Source: Callorhinchus milii
Lineage: Eukaryota
Length of the DNA stretch: 64,000 nt
Assembly: GCF_018977255.1 (NCBI RefSeq)
Contig: NW_024704743.1
Coordinates: 18,850,001-18,914,000, forward strand
Reading direction: 5' to 3'
Made by a program: the position numbers and the translations under genes. The notes beneath the pieces were generated by a model. The model ran no database searches. It saw only the letters and a program-made list of their open reading frames with translations, and had not been told where the DNA came from. Shown here piece after piece: positions 38,216 through 50,569 of this stretch (within the stretch, counting starts at the first letter, position 1; every line of letters starts with the position of its first letter).

Positions 38216-39052
38216 ACACCAGAACATAGGAACTAGAGTGGGCCATTCAGCCTTTCGAGCCTGTTCCGCCATTTAATTCGATCATGGCTGATCTGTACTT
38301 CAACTAATCCTGTCAATTCCAATTTCCCGCTTTCTCTCCATATCCCTTAATACCCTGAGCTACCAAAAATCTATCAACCACACTCTTGAAGGTGTGGATG
38401 GATCCAGCATCCATGGCCTTTTGGGGGAGAGAGTTCCAAATTTCTATCAACCAGTGAAAAAATGTTTCCTGATTTCACTCTTAAATGGCCTGGTTCTAAT
38501 TTTAAGACTATACTTCCTTGTTTTAGATTCCCACCAGAGGAAATAGCTTCCCTGTATCTACCCTATCGAATCACTTTATTATCTTAAACGCCTCAATCAA
38601 ATCACCCCTCAACCTTCTAAACTCAAGGGAATACAATCCAAGTTTATGCAGCCTTTCCTCGTAACTTAACCCTTTTAGGCCTGGTAACATTCTGGTGAAC
38701 TTGCGCTGTACCCCCTCCAGGGCCAATATATCTTCGTGACATGTGTTGCCCAAAACTGAATGCTGACCAATGGTCTATACAGCTGAAGCATCATTTCTTC
38801 CCCTTGAGATAAAGGCCAACATTCCATTTGGTTTTTAGATTACTTTTTGCACCTGGGAACTAGTTTTTAGTGATTTGTTGACATGGACATCCAAATCTCT
38901 TTGCTCCTCCACAGTTCTTAATTTCTCCCCATTAAGAACATATTCTGCTGTATCTTTTTTCAGTCCATAGTGGATGACATTGCACTTCCTTACATTGAAC
39001 TCCATTTGCCTCAGCTTTGGCCACTCACCTAATCTGTCCTTTTGTAACTTGG
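38216..39052 (-). mobile_element. CR1 3' fragment nested in an L2 3' fragment (38035-38215 and 39053-39270)
   Basis: LEGVQRKFTRMLPGLKGLSYEERLHKLGLYSLEFRRLRGDLIEAFKI on the minus strand. L2 sequence is collinear on both sides. Confidence 0.92.
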
Positions 39053-42000
39053 GACTCCGGGATGGAGTTCCTGAGAGTGGAGGCAGATACTTTGGAGGCA
39101 GATGAACTGAGCGGAAGGAGCTGCCAGGCTGGTAGAGTTTGAGGATGTCATAGACGTCAACTGTGGCAAGATCATGGAGCGATTTTAAGGTTAGGACGAG
39201 GATCTTGAACTCGATCCGCTGGAGGATTGGAAGGCAGTGGAGCCGGGCGAGGATGGGGCTGATCGGCTCACAAGCCTAGTCGAGATCTTTTCAGGCTCTG
39301 GGAGTGGTTTAAATGAACATTGTGGATCTCATGATACCTATCTACATCTTAACAGATCAATAGAAGCAAAATAATTAATATAATCATTAACAATATTAAT
39401 TCCTGCATCTGATACAGTGCCTAGTCAGGAGGCTGTCTCAAAACGTTTCACAGGAATTATTGCAGCTTCTCTTGCCTTTTGAAGGATATCAGAGATGTAG
39501 TAATGTTGCATTATGGTTTTGTTATTTTTCAATATATGTTTTTAACCTTGGTGATGATCAGTTGAACTGCAATCATCTTTTCCAGTCCTGCACATTTGCT
39601 ATGCAATAAGAAGCATGATTGAACCTCAAACTAGGTTTCAGGACAGATTGGGAGGTGGCCTGGACCACACATGTTGCAAAGTGTGCCTGATATTATTCGC
39701 TGTGTGTATTGTTATAATAAGAATCATAATTACATTTTATAATAGTGCCTCATCACATTGAAACAAAAGCCGCAGCCCATCTGCACCAACACTAACCCAT
39801 AAAAAACAATGACATGAAGAGCCAATTGATCTGAAATTTGGGGGTGAATTTTCATGAGGGAGGAATAATGTAGATTGTCTCTTGCATAATTTAACCAATG
39901 TCCAGATGGCACCAGCTTCTATGTATGAGAAATGCGCGTGTGTGTGTCCTGACTATAAAGGAAGCAGAGTTCCAACTATCTGCTCGTCCATTTGATGTCA
40001 TGGCAATGGCCAGAGACATTGCAGAAAATCTAATCCTGCGGCATTTTGCAAAATGCTGAAAAGAGAAAATGAATCAAAACATCATTGCAGCTATCTTTCC
40101 AAACAGTAATCAGCCCACAAGAGAAATCATGCCCTTTTCTCAATTGAATCATTCAGATCACCAGTCTGGCTTTGGATAGAGTGTGTTAAAGCTTTGCTGT
40201 TTCTGTAGACTCGAGTAAAGCTGGTTTCCAATAATTATTGTTTTCTGTAAATATACACTGAACAGATTGCATTGTTTGCAGTGCACCTATATGATGTTCT
40301 TAGTTCTTCTATTCCAGTTGATCAGTGTGGTCTTGGGTGTGTGCACAGCTGTTTGTGCCAATGTGGTTGTCAGTTGCGGGAGGGAGCAGACACATTCTAT
40401 TTGCACGTATAGATTGCGATCAGACGAGGGGGGCGGGGGGAGGAGGAGGTGGAGACAGACGGCAGAGTATCACAGTATCGCTGACTGATATGTCAGTGTA
40501 GCCTGAGACTTTAAACCTTTTATTGGAACACTGATGGCTTATTTTGTCACTTCAATAAATGTGTTGTGTGGTTTTACTGCCGCTTCAGGTATGACACTGA
40601 CCAGTGAGCCAACATCTTAACTGAGATTTTCCGAGCTTAATTATACTGTGGTTTATAGATGCTCATGTACTGACTAATGTCCTGACATGTTTAATCTCAT
40701 GCACACCGCAAACTGTAGGCAATCTTTGCATCAACGAAAAGGCAGCGCCCAAGGTCTTCAGATCCAGTTAAACTAGTTATGATAATATAATCATAATCAA
40801 TCCTTGCATTTGGATATTGGGCCTTTTACATTGCGACTATGTACCAAAGCTCTTCACAGGATATACTGTGGACATACACAATAGCCAATTTGCGCATGGC
40901 AATCTCTCACAAACTGCCATGAAGTGAATGACCAACTTTATTCACAGGACACTGGGAAAAACTCCCTTTTCTTTTCGTATAGTGCCATGGGATGTTTAGC
41001 ATCCACCTGAATAGACAACGGGATCTTAGTTTAACATCTCATCTGATAAATGACATCTTGGCGTATCAACCTAGAGGCAATATTTATTGCACTGAATTGT
41101 GCCAGAAGTGGATCTTGCCCCCCACCCTCCAGCCTTTCTCAGACCAGGAAGCCACAAAACAGAAGTTAAGTTGCACAACAAATTCCATGACAAAGATTTT
41201 AATAGTTAAACAAAACATACTTAAAACAATACAAATGCTGCCAAGACAAGCTGTCATTTTTACTGGTCTTCGCAACATCAAACTGAATTATTAAAATATA
41301 AAGCATGTTTTGGCTGATGGAACCGGTCAAAGAGCCAATTGTAAAATATTAGGTGAATCCTTCTCTTTTAAACACTGGATTAATTTAATGTTGAAATCTA
41401 CATTGTACTCGAGATTAATTGCGAAGTGAAACATTAGAATGAACATTAGGACATTCCAATTCTATCTTTATTAAAACTTGCACATTAAACTATCACAGAA
41501 ATAATAAGTGTGGTTAAGGGTACATTCCTTTTGCTGTCTAACATAATATAATATCTCCCTATCTGCCCCACCATTGATGAGCGAGCTTTAAGATATTCAG
41601 CCTCTGCTCTCCAGAACTCCATACCTCTCTTCCTGCAAGTCTGCTTCAAGACTTATCTCTCTGACCATGCTTTCAATCATGTTTCCTGTCCCCACCCCAC
41701 AGAGAGATTGCGATCAGCATGCTTCCCCAGCTGAGGTACCCAGCCAAGAGCATGAAGCACTTTGACATGTCCTCCTGATTTGAGAGGCGTTATATAAATG
41801 TGAATTGTATTGCATTGTACAATGTTATCCCATGGCATTGACCGAAAAAAGAAAGGAATTTTTCCCGGTGTCTTGGCCAACAATCCTCCTGAAAAAATTG
41901 CTCAGTTAATTCATGGCTTTTTGTGTAACATTACTGAGTACAATTTGCCTTCTAAGCTTGCCTACAAAAAGATAGTCACTACACTTCATAGGAAAATCCT

Positions 42001-43067
42001 GTAAAATGCTTTGCGACGTCTCATTGATGTGATAAGATGCCAGATCAAATTCAAGGATTGCAATTATAATACTGAATATAACAATTCTAAAGGCTTTCAG
42101 GAATTCTTATAATAAAATGAAAGCAAATCACTTCTCCTATAATCCAGAGTTGCACTCCTTGAGTAATGCATGTCTTTCAAGTAGCATGGCTTTCACAGGA
42201 TCTAACATGAATCTTGATTAATTAAAATATTGCCACATAGTCCTAAGCTATGTTGCGGACTCTATTAGGAAGATGGACGCATTATGATCTGACCCAGGAA
42301 TTAGTTGATTAAACCAATAGAGTTTAATAACAGAGAGAATACAATTTATATAGCTCCTTTCTTGTATCTGACTCTCTCTATGAAAACTACCATTTGATTC
42401 CAGGATGAAGAATTCTGCTTTATTATATTCTATAAGCCACAGGATCAAAGGATCATTTCAGATGAGGAAGCTACCTTTGGCCTATTTGATCTTATCTTTC
42501 CTCTTTAATCTTGGCACCACTTCTGGGTCCTCAAAGACATTTGTGTGTTGTAGGTCCTGTCTGCTGTCAGGTGGATGCTAAAGATCCCATGCGCCATTCG
42601 AAAAGAAAAGGGAGTTTCTCCCGGTGTCCTGGCCAACAATTTCCTATACATAATTTGTCATTCATGGCTGTTTGTGGGCTATTGCTGGTGCAAATTGACT
42701 GCCGTGTTTGCCTGCAAATACAGTCTTTACAATAAATTTGTGAAGCGAATAGAGACAGACGTCCTCCTGAAATGAAAGTCACCATATCAAATGCAACAGT
42801 TATTATAAAAGCGGGATCTTGTATGACTTTCTACACTGCACTGATGATGGTTACATTCGTTTAAAGCCAATGTTGAATCCTGAATCTCACAATAGAAATC
42901 AAGTCTATGTGATTGTAATCAGATTCAGTTCAGAATAATAAGAAAATAGTGCTTGCATTTGATATAGTGCCTTATTACATCATCAAAACATTTAAAAGCA
43001 CTTGATGCAGATTTCCACTCTAAAATGTGTTGACAGTATATAGACGAACAAGGATATTCTTTGATTA

Positions 43068-43540
43068 CCAACAACAACAACAAAATTACATTTGTAAAGT
43101 ACCTTTCACGTCGGGACGACGTCTCAAGGCGCTGGACAGACAGTGTTACGAACTCGAGCTGGGGGTCGGGGTGGGGGAGGGCAGGTGGGGGGAAGCAGGG
43201 AGATCGAAAGCACGGTCAAAGAGGAGGGTCTGGAGATGGGTCTTGAAGGTGGCAAGGGAGGGGGCGAGGTGGAGGGACTGCGGGATGGAGTTCCAGAGGG
43301 TGGGGGCAGAGTGGCGGAAGCCCCGCCCGCCAATAGTGGGGCAAGCGAGGCGGGGGACATGAAGCAGGCCAGAGCCCCCTGAGTGGAGGGAGCGAACAGG
43401 ATGGTAGGGTGTTAGGAGGTCGGAGAGGTAGGGGGGAGCAAGACCGTGGAGGGCTTTGAAGGTGAGGACCAGGATCTTGAACTGTATCCTCTGTGTGATG
43501 GGAAGCCAGTGGAGTTGGGCAAGGATGGGGGTGATAACCC
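43068..43540 (-). mobile_element. Young L2 3' fragment
   Basis: High similarity to the reverse complement of 33440-33884, with an (AAC)n tail. Confidence 0.93.
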
Positions 43541-44089
43541 TTTGCAGTCACAAAATATTACTTAATTGCGACACCAAATATATAGTTTGTGCAACTAATA
43601 CAAGTTCAAGATAATGATCAAAAGTTATATTTAAGTTTTGATTTTAATTTTGCTAAATATCAATATGATATTTGCAGATATAGTTATAGATATAGGCTCT
43701 AAATGATCAAATGTAATTTATACAGCACTCACGTCTTTCTGTGTTTGCTATATGATTACTTGTGTTTTCTCCAAAAAAAATGACCAGCGCTTTTATCCCT
43801 CTTCCTTCCTGAAATCATTTGACTCCTCTTTCTTTTCATGGGTTTAATCTCACTAGCGAATTTACTTCTAATACTGCTTTGAAGTTCTCTGGTATCCAAG
43901 CTCTGGCCTTTCAAAAGATTTTAATATCAGCTGGACGCCATCAACTAATTGAATTACCTTCTCAAAGAATTCCCAAGGACCACCGAGCTGACCCACTGCT
44001 GCTAATCCCACGATCACACTTGCAGTCTTTATGGTTATTGAAACTGGACATTGATGCATTTTAACAAAAATCTTCCCGAGTATTTATGT

Positions 44090-44427
44090 GGAGTCCTGTA
44101 ATGTACTGGTTAGAGCCCTTACCTCGCAAAGCAAGAGGACCTGAGTTTAATTCCCAGGCAGAGCGAAACATTGGGCAAATTTCCTTACTCCACACGTCTC
44201 TGTTTGCCAAGCAGTAAGTAGGAACCCGGTTGTTTGTCAATTGGCAGATTGCTTTCCGGTGGTAATAATCCCTTCAAAATAAATAAATAATAATTTGGTC
44301 ACTCAATCCACCACTGTTTGTAGAACACTGCTGCTATTGCAGTAGATTCTGTGAAACGCTTTCAAATGTCTTGGTGACGTGATAAGGCTCCATGTCTAAT
44401 GCAAGGATTATTATTAGTATTATTATT
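44090..44427 (+). mobile_element. Family-B SINE, long variant
   Basis: ggagtcctgta head, gcagtaagtaggaacccggttg, tail. Confidence 0.9.
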
Positions 44428-44837
44428 TTCTTTGATTCCAGTGTTAGCATCGAGTAGTGGTATCAGGAAGATCTGGAATAGAATTGTAAGTCTGAATCTT
44501 GATCAGTTTAGGGTCTGAATATTTCTCCAGAGATGGGAGACTTCTAATAAAATTGAAGTGGCTGGTGGGAACACTGCCCAATATTTATCGGAAAGGAAGG
44601 GTTGGATTCTTTCCAGGGCCCATGGCACTCAAACCTATTTGAAAGGATGAGGCATGCATTGGGTATCCAGCTTCATTGGAACCTAATAATTTATAGCAAA
44701 ATGCAAAGAGAAAGGTTAAGGCTGTATTTCTGTTTCATTGTGTTGGGACATGTTTACATTTTGAATACTGTGTGTGAACATTAGCAATAGGACAGCTTGC
44801 ATCGTCTGCAACAGAAAGTTATATCTGAGGGCATTGT

Positions 44838-45210
44838 GGATTACAGTAGCTTAGTGGTTAGAGCACTCACCTCGCAAGCGAGAGGACCTTGGTTTGATTC
44901 CCGGGCAGTAAGTTTCCTTAGTCCACACTCCTCTGTTCACCCAGCAGTAAGTAGGAACCCAGTTGTTAATCGATTGGCAGATCGCTTTATCGGGGGTAAT
45001 AATCCCTTCCAATAAATAAATAAATAAATAAGAAAAATTTGGTCGCTCAATCCATGACCGTTTGTGGGACACTGCTGTGCGCAATTGGTTGCCGTGTTTC
45101 CCCCACAAAATATACAGTCAATTCACTTTACAGTACATTCTGTGATGCTCTTTGAAACGCCTCGAAGACATGATAAGGCGCTATATCAAATGCAAGAATT
45201 ATTATAATTA
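44838..45210 (+). mobile_element. Family-B SINE, long variant, with a shared 3' flank and a second tail (to ~45375)
   Basis: Full SINE. 45214-45335 is the reverse complement of 9729-9850. Confidence 0.9.
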
Positions 45211-45662
45211 CTATTGGTCTCTGTAAGTCCCTCATAATATGTAACATTCTTAAATGCTGTATTATAGAAGCAAGTTCTTCAGGTAAGAACAATTCCCAAA
45301 TAAATGTAATCAATTACTTCAAATTAGCTGCTGTGATAAGGCGTTATATCAAATGCAAGGATTAGTATTATTATTGGACAAACTGTGACACCTTAGATTT
45401 ATGACTGGGCAGCTAAGTGACACCGAATCCAACCAGCGTATAATAAAGCAATGTGTGCACAGAATTAAATGCAAACCACACAGAATCGTAGAAATGTATC
45501 TGACAGAACAAGGACATTTAACCCAATGTGTCTGTGCTGGCTCTGTGAAAAGGCAATCCATTCAGTCCTATTTACCTGTCTTTGCTCTGTACCCTGCAGA
45601 TTAGCCTTCTAAGTGTGACTAAAAGCAATTTATAATTTGGGTTCTGTATTTCAAATCAACTG

Positions 45663-46070
45663 ATAATAACAATTGTATTTGATATAGCATCTTATCACGT
45701 TGTCAAAACATCTTCAAGTGCTTCACAAGATTACTGTGAAGTGTAGTGACTGTGTATTTTGTAAGCAAAAGTGGCAGCCAATTTGCACACAGCAATGTCC
45801 CGCAAACATCCATGAAGTGAATGACTCATTTTATCTGGTGGATTGCTTGCCAGGACACCCAGAAAATTCCCCTTTCTTTACGATTAATCCCATGACATCT
45901 TTAACAATTTCTTCCGCAGGACAGAACCTGATAATGCACCTGACAATGCAGTACTTCCCCAGCGTTGCACTGGTGTGTCAGCCGTGATTGAAAGCTGCAA
46001 GTCCTGATGTTCTTGAAATAATTACCTGCTGATTCAAATGCGGGAATGCTACTAACTGAGTCAGGCTGCC
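45663..46070 (-). mobile_element. Family-A SINE
   Basis: Tail, Deu body and head (gctactaactgagtcaggctg). Confidence 0.8.
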
Positions 46071-46489
46071 AATCGTGATTAATTCAAACACTTGGTGAGA
46101 TTGTCTGAATAATACTGGATAATGTTGTACACCTTTACCACTGAGTCATTTTGCTGTCAAGAATCCTCATACTGTTAACAAAATGGACAAATGCTACTCC
46201 TGCTTCTACCCCAATTGTAAAATTGTAAGTTTTTTTTCAAATGATTGTGTTAATCTCTAGTCAAAAAAAAACTCTTCATCTAAAACGATCACCAAAAAGG
46301 AAACTCCCAATAGCTCGGCCCTGTTTTAACTTGTCAATATCAGTTAAGTCATCATGCTGTCCATATCCCGACCGGATTTATTTTGTATTTATACATAAGT
46401 CTAACTTGTTGCTCTGGATAACTCGTCGCTGAGCCCTTTCCCCTTGCAGTGACGACTTATCAAAAGTTTATTGTATTCATCTTCAACGG

Positions 46490-46725
46490 CAGGCTATGTG
46501 GCTTTAACTGGTTAAACTCCAGCAGTTACCCCAATACACTCTGTAGTCCCCAAGCCTTGGCTCATGCAGGTTTGCACCTAATACTCTCCAGAATTGGGTA
46601 AACTCTCAAGAGAGATTACGTATTCCATTGCAGACACAAAGAAATTTCCTTGTATAGGTGGGTTAAATGGAACTCCAAGTCTGATTTAGAAACTCATAAA
46701 CATGGTGATGGATTTCTGCATGTTT
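46490..46725 (+). repeat. Family-U repeat copy
   Basis: gctatgtgg...ggttaaactccagca...gtccccaagccttg, shared with 50262-50320 and the reverse complement of 9065-9130. Confidence 0.75.
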
Positions 46726-46909
46726 CAGACACCTGGCTGACCAAAAAATTCTAAAAAGTATGTTTCAAATTAAATTTCAATCCGAATATACACTTATATA
46801 CGCTTAAGGGTTAGATTAGGGTTAAGGATTGGAACAAAATTTTGGATGGAAATCCACAAAATGCATCCAAGGTTTTCATTGCATTCATTCTGTGTTTCAC
46901 TGTTGACTT

Positions 46910-47090
46910 ATAGGGTGGGAAAGGGAGGATAGGAGGGATAGATCAGCTATCCAGCAATCTGCTGGTCGGTGTGTATGGATGATGAGTGAGAATACAATTA
47001 GCCTTGGCTGTGATGCCTTCAGAACATTACTTCAGTGGAAGGAAAAAAGGAGGGAATGCATTAAGGAGAGGAGTAAAATTGGCAAGAAAG
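46910..47090 (+). mobile_element. AmnSINE2-like relic
   Basis: gatcagctatccag...ctgctgg...gtgtgtatggatg...gtgaga...ttggctgtgatgcc resembles the recalled AmnSINE2 consensus. Related pieces at ~19310-19420, 55120-55250 and 56760-57070 (minus strand). Confidence 0.55.
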
Positions 47091-47519
47091 AAATGAAAAT
47101 GTAATCAATCAGAGTACCAAAAAACATTTGGAAGAACCTTGTTTTTGGCTGATTTTTAGGTACGTTAATTAAGATCGTGATTTCAAAACCAGCTGAGTAA
47201 TGCTGTAATCCAAGACAAGTTAAATCTAAAACACAAGTTAATGTAATAATTACATTTTTAGATTTTCACAAATTGAGATTATTATGTATTTGCCAACGAT
47301 GTAAAATAAATAATCCTTGCGTTTCATACAGTACATTTCATACCAGGGGGACGTTTAGAAGTTCTATGCATGCCACCTATACACGGAAATTTCCCTGTGT
47401 CTGTAATGAAATACATACTCTCTCTTCAGAGGAACGCCCCTATTTACCCAAATCTGGAGAGTATTAGGTGCAGAACTCGCAAGAGCCAAGGCGTGTGGAC
47501 TCCTAAGTACAGTAAATCA

Positions 47520-47855
47520 CAGGATCGACTGTAAACTGTAGTGATGGTGTATTTTGTAGGTGAGTGCCGCAGCCAATTTGCACACAACATTGTCCCACAA
47601 GGAGCCATGAAGTAAATGACCAATTTTATCTGAGTGAACTGTTGGCCAGAACACCCAGAGAAACTCCAGTTGTGTTATGAATAGTGCAATGGGATCTTTA
47701 ATGCCTAAATTAAGGCAGCACCTCCATCAATGCAGTGCTCCCACGAGACAACATTAAACTGTAGTGTAACCCTAGACTGTGAGCTCAAAGTCCTCATCTG
47801 GAGCTTGAACCAACAATCTTCTGACTCGGAGGCAAGAGTTCTACCAAGTGAGCCG
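47520..47855 (-). mobile_element. Family-A SINE
   Basis: gcagccaatttgcacacaac...gggatctttaatg...ttctgactcggaggcaagagt. Confidence 0.8.
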
Positions 47856-50199
47856 GGTGGATGCATGCAACAGTTCCAACAAAAGTCCCTTTTTTCTATA
47901 ACGACTCTGTTTAATCAGCCACACCAAAGCCTCTACTGTTCTCTTGCTCTGCTTGTGAAGAGTTAATATTTCACACAGCATTCTGCTAAATTATCGTATT
48001 TTTATCAAATTGACAAAGGCTGTTAACATGAGATTAGCCAGGGCACTTCCCAACGTGAGCTCTGCTTAATGTTCTGTCTCTGTTATTTTTTCTTGACAAG
48101 CACACCAAATCAAGTCTGTTTCTCCCTCCGGTAATGAACTTTTTATCCTTGTGGATTAGGAAGAAGCTTATGTTTGTTTAGCAACTGCTTGGATTAGATA
48201 AGTCCCATATATTATTTGGGAAGGAGGGGGAGGGTTTTCAAATAATGTGGCAATTATTATCAATTATTAATTATTTTTCCGACGTGAAAGGCATTATACA
48301 AATTAATTTGTTGTTGTAATTCAGTTAAAAATCTTTCACAATTCCTTCTTCAGATTCTCTTGATGAAATATAATTCATAAACTGTTTTTTGTAACTTTTA
48401 ATAGAAATAAATACGTCTAATCAAAATAATATTTGAATCTTTCATTATATTAATAATAAGATCATAGTTTACCTTCCTTATTTGTTTGTTTGATTATTTT
48501 CCTCCTCTTTACAATCCCACTGAACTAATACATGGTCACAATAGTGGGCAGATAATGTGCACCCAAAGCTTTGCCAATGTTGGTCTTGAACCAACTACTA
48601 AGAGGTGTGTTAACATATGACTAAGTGACTCACTTCTCTTCCCTCACCCCCACAAATCTCCCTCTCTGTGTCTCTATTGGAAAGCACTGTTGAGGTCAGA
48701 ATCTTGGTTGCCTAACCATTACACATAACGTACCACCCACAACACAGCAAGGGAATGCACAATTCTTTATTATGTATACTTTGTGCATTTTTCATTATTA
48801 GGTATACTGTGCATTTAAATATACATATAATACTGCAAATGAAAAAGATATAATAAAAAATTGGTCACTCACACCTTCACTGTTTGTGGGACATTGCTGT
48901 GCGCAACTGGCTGCCTCATTTCACTCACAAAATACAGTCAGTTCACTTTACAGTATATCTTGTGGAGCTCTTTGAGATGTTTCAATGACATGATAAGTCG
49001 CTATATCAAATGCAAAGATTATTATAATTATCATATGTGTGTGCCTCAGACATTAGTACAGTACAAATAATAGAGAGTAAAACCACAGAAACATGGAAGC
49101 CGTGTAAACATTTTCTTTTTTATTCCATCTACATGGGTTGTATTTTTAATTATTGTATTTGATACAGTGCCTTATCACTCTGTCAAGACATCTCAAAGCG
49201 CTTCACAGGATTTACTATGAAGTGTAGTAACTGTATTTGCAGGTGAACTCAGCAGCTAATTTGCACCACAGCAATGTCCACAAACAGAGATTTTTACTTT
49301 GAAGCCAAATCTCCCCCAAAATGTTACATAATTGTTCTTCGTTTGTTAGCAGTGTGTAGGCGTTAATGAAATGCAAATCCTAACAATTATACAGGCTTCC
49401 TACATTCCTGCAGGATTACTGCATTTTTTCCCATATACTCAACACCTCTAACAATTCGGTGATATATGAAAGACCGCATTATTACAATATTTTCTAAACC
49501 GGTCCAGATGTATGTATTTTGATTCCAAAGTAACATTTGTTTGGCAGTGTGAAATCAAAGCAAAAGTAATTTTGCAAGTGAAAGTAGATTACATTTGAGT
49601 TGAAATGATAAATGTTAAGCATGGGCAAAATATGTTGATTCAGCCAGTTTTTGGTTATTTGTGGGACGCTATTTTGTGCAAATTGGCTGCTGCGTTCCTC
49701 CACAAAAAATTCGGTCGATACACTTTATAGTTTATCACGTGAAGGGCTTTGACATGTCCTCTAGGCATTTTACCAAATATAAGAATCATTATTGTATCTG
49801 GAAGATCCATTGCAATAAGAAATTCGGTAGTGGATATTGCTTTGGAGGAAACGTTCTAGGTAATATAAAAATGTTCATATTTCCAGGATTTGGAATCTAC
49901 CTTGATTGTTATGCAGAGAAGCAAGCAGCCTTTGCTTAAGCTCTACGCATCCAACTGATAGAACCAACATTTGAAAAGTAAGGATGTGTGTCCGAGCTAT
50001 AGACAGGAAGATGCTAGAAAAGCTCTCATGCATTACTTGCTGAGCTGTGCTGTCCACCAGAAGGCATGGAGGATATCTACCATCCACCACGCAAGGGCTT
50101 AACCCTGCACTTGTCAAATGTTGAATGATCAACAAATGATTATCCTCATTGGTGGGTGGGAGGGCTGCTCTGGGGGCAGGGATTCTTCCAATTCAGCGC

Positions 50200-50500
50200 C
50201 TGTTAACCGTGCTAGCTGGACACGCAACAGGAAGTTTGCAAGATAGTGCTCTCAATGGTAAGCTATGTGGTTTCAGGTAGTTAAACTCCAGCACTACACT
50301 CTAAGGTCCCCAAGCCTTGTTTCTTGCCGACTAATACTTAATATTCTCTGGAAATAGGTAAGCAGGATGCCTCCCTTCAGGGAGAGAATATACATTCCAT
50401 TCCAAACACGGGAATTTCCATATGCAGATTGTGTATATACATAGAACTCTGACTGGTTTGGATAGTCTTAAGCATGGTGATGGGTTTCCACATGTGTCCT
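50200..50500 (+). repeat. Family-U repeat copy
   Basis: Collinear reverse complement of 8920-9190. Confidence 0.78.
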
Positions 50501-50532
50501 TAAAGATATAGGCAGGTCATAGAGATTATAAC

Positions 50533-50569
50533 CATTCATTCATTCATTCATTCATTCATTCATTCATTC
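50533..50569. repeat. (CATT)n microsatellite, about 9 units
   Basis: Seen directly. Confidence 0.97.

Noticed and set aside
46805..46826. Interstitial telomeric repeat
   Set aside because: Only one exact TTAGGG with degenerate neighbours, which is too short.
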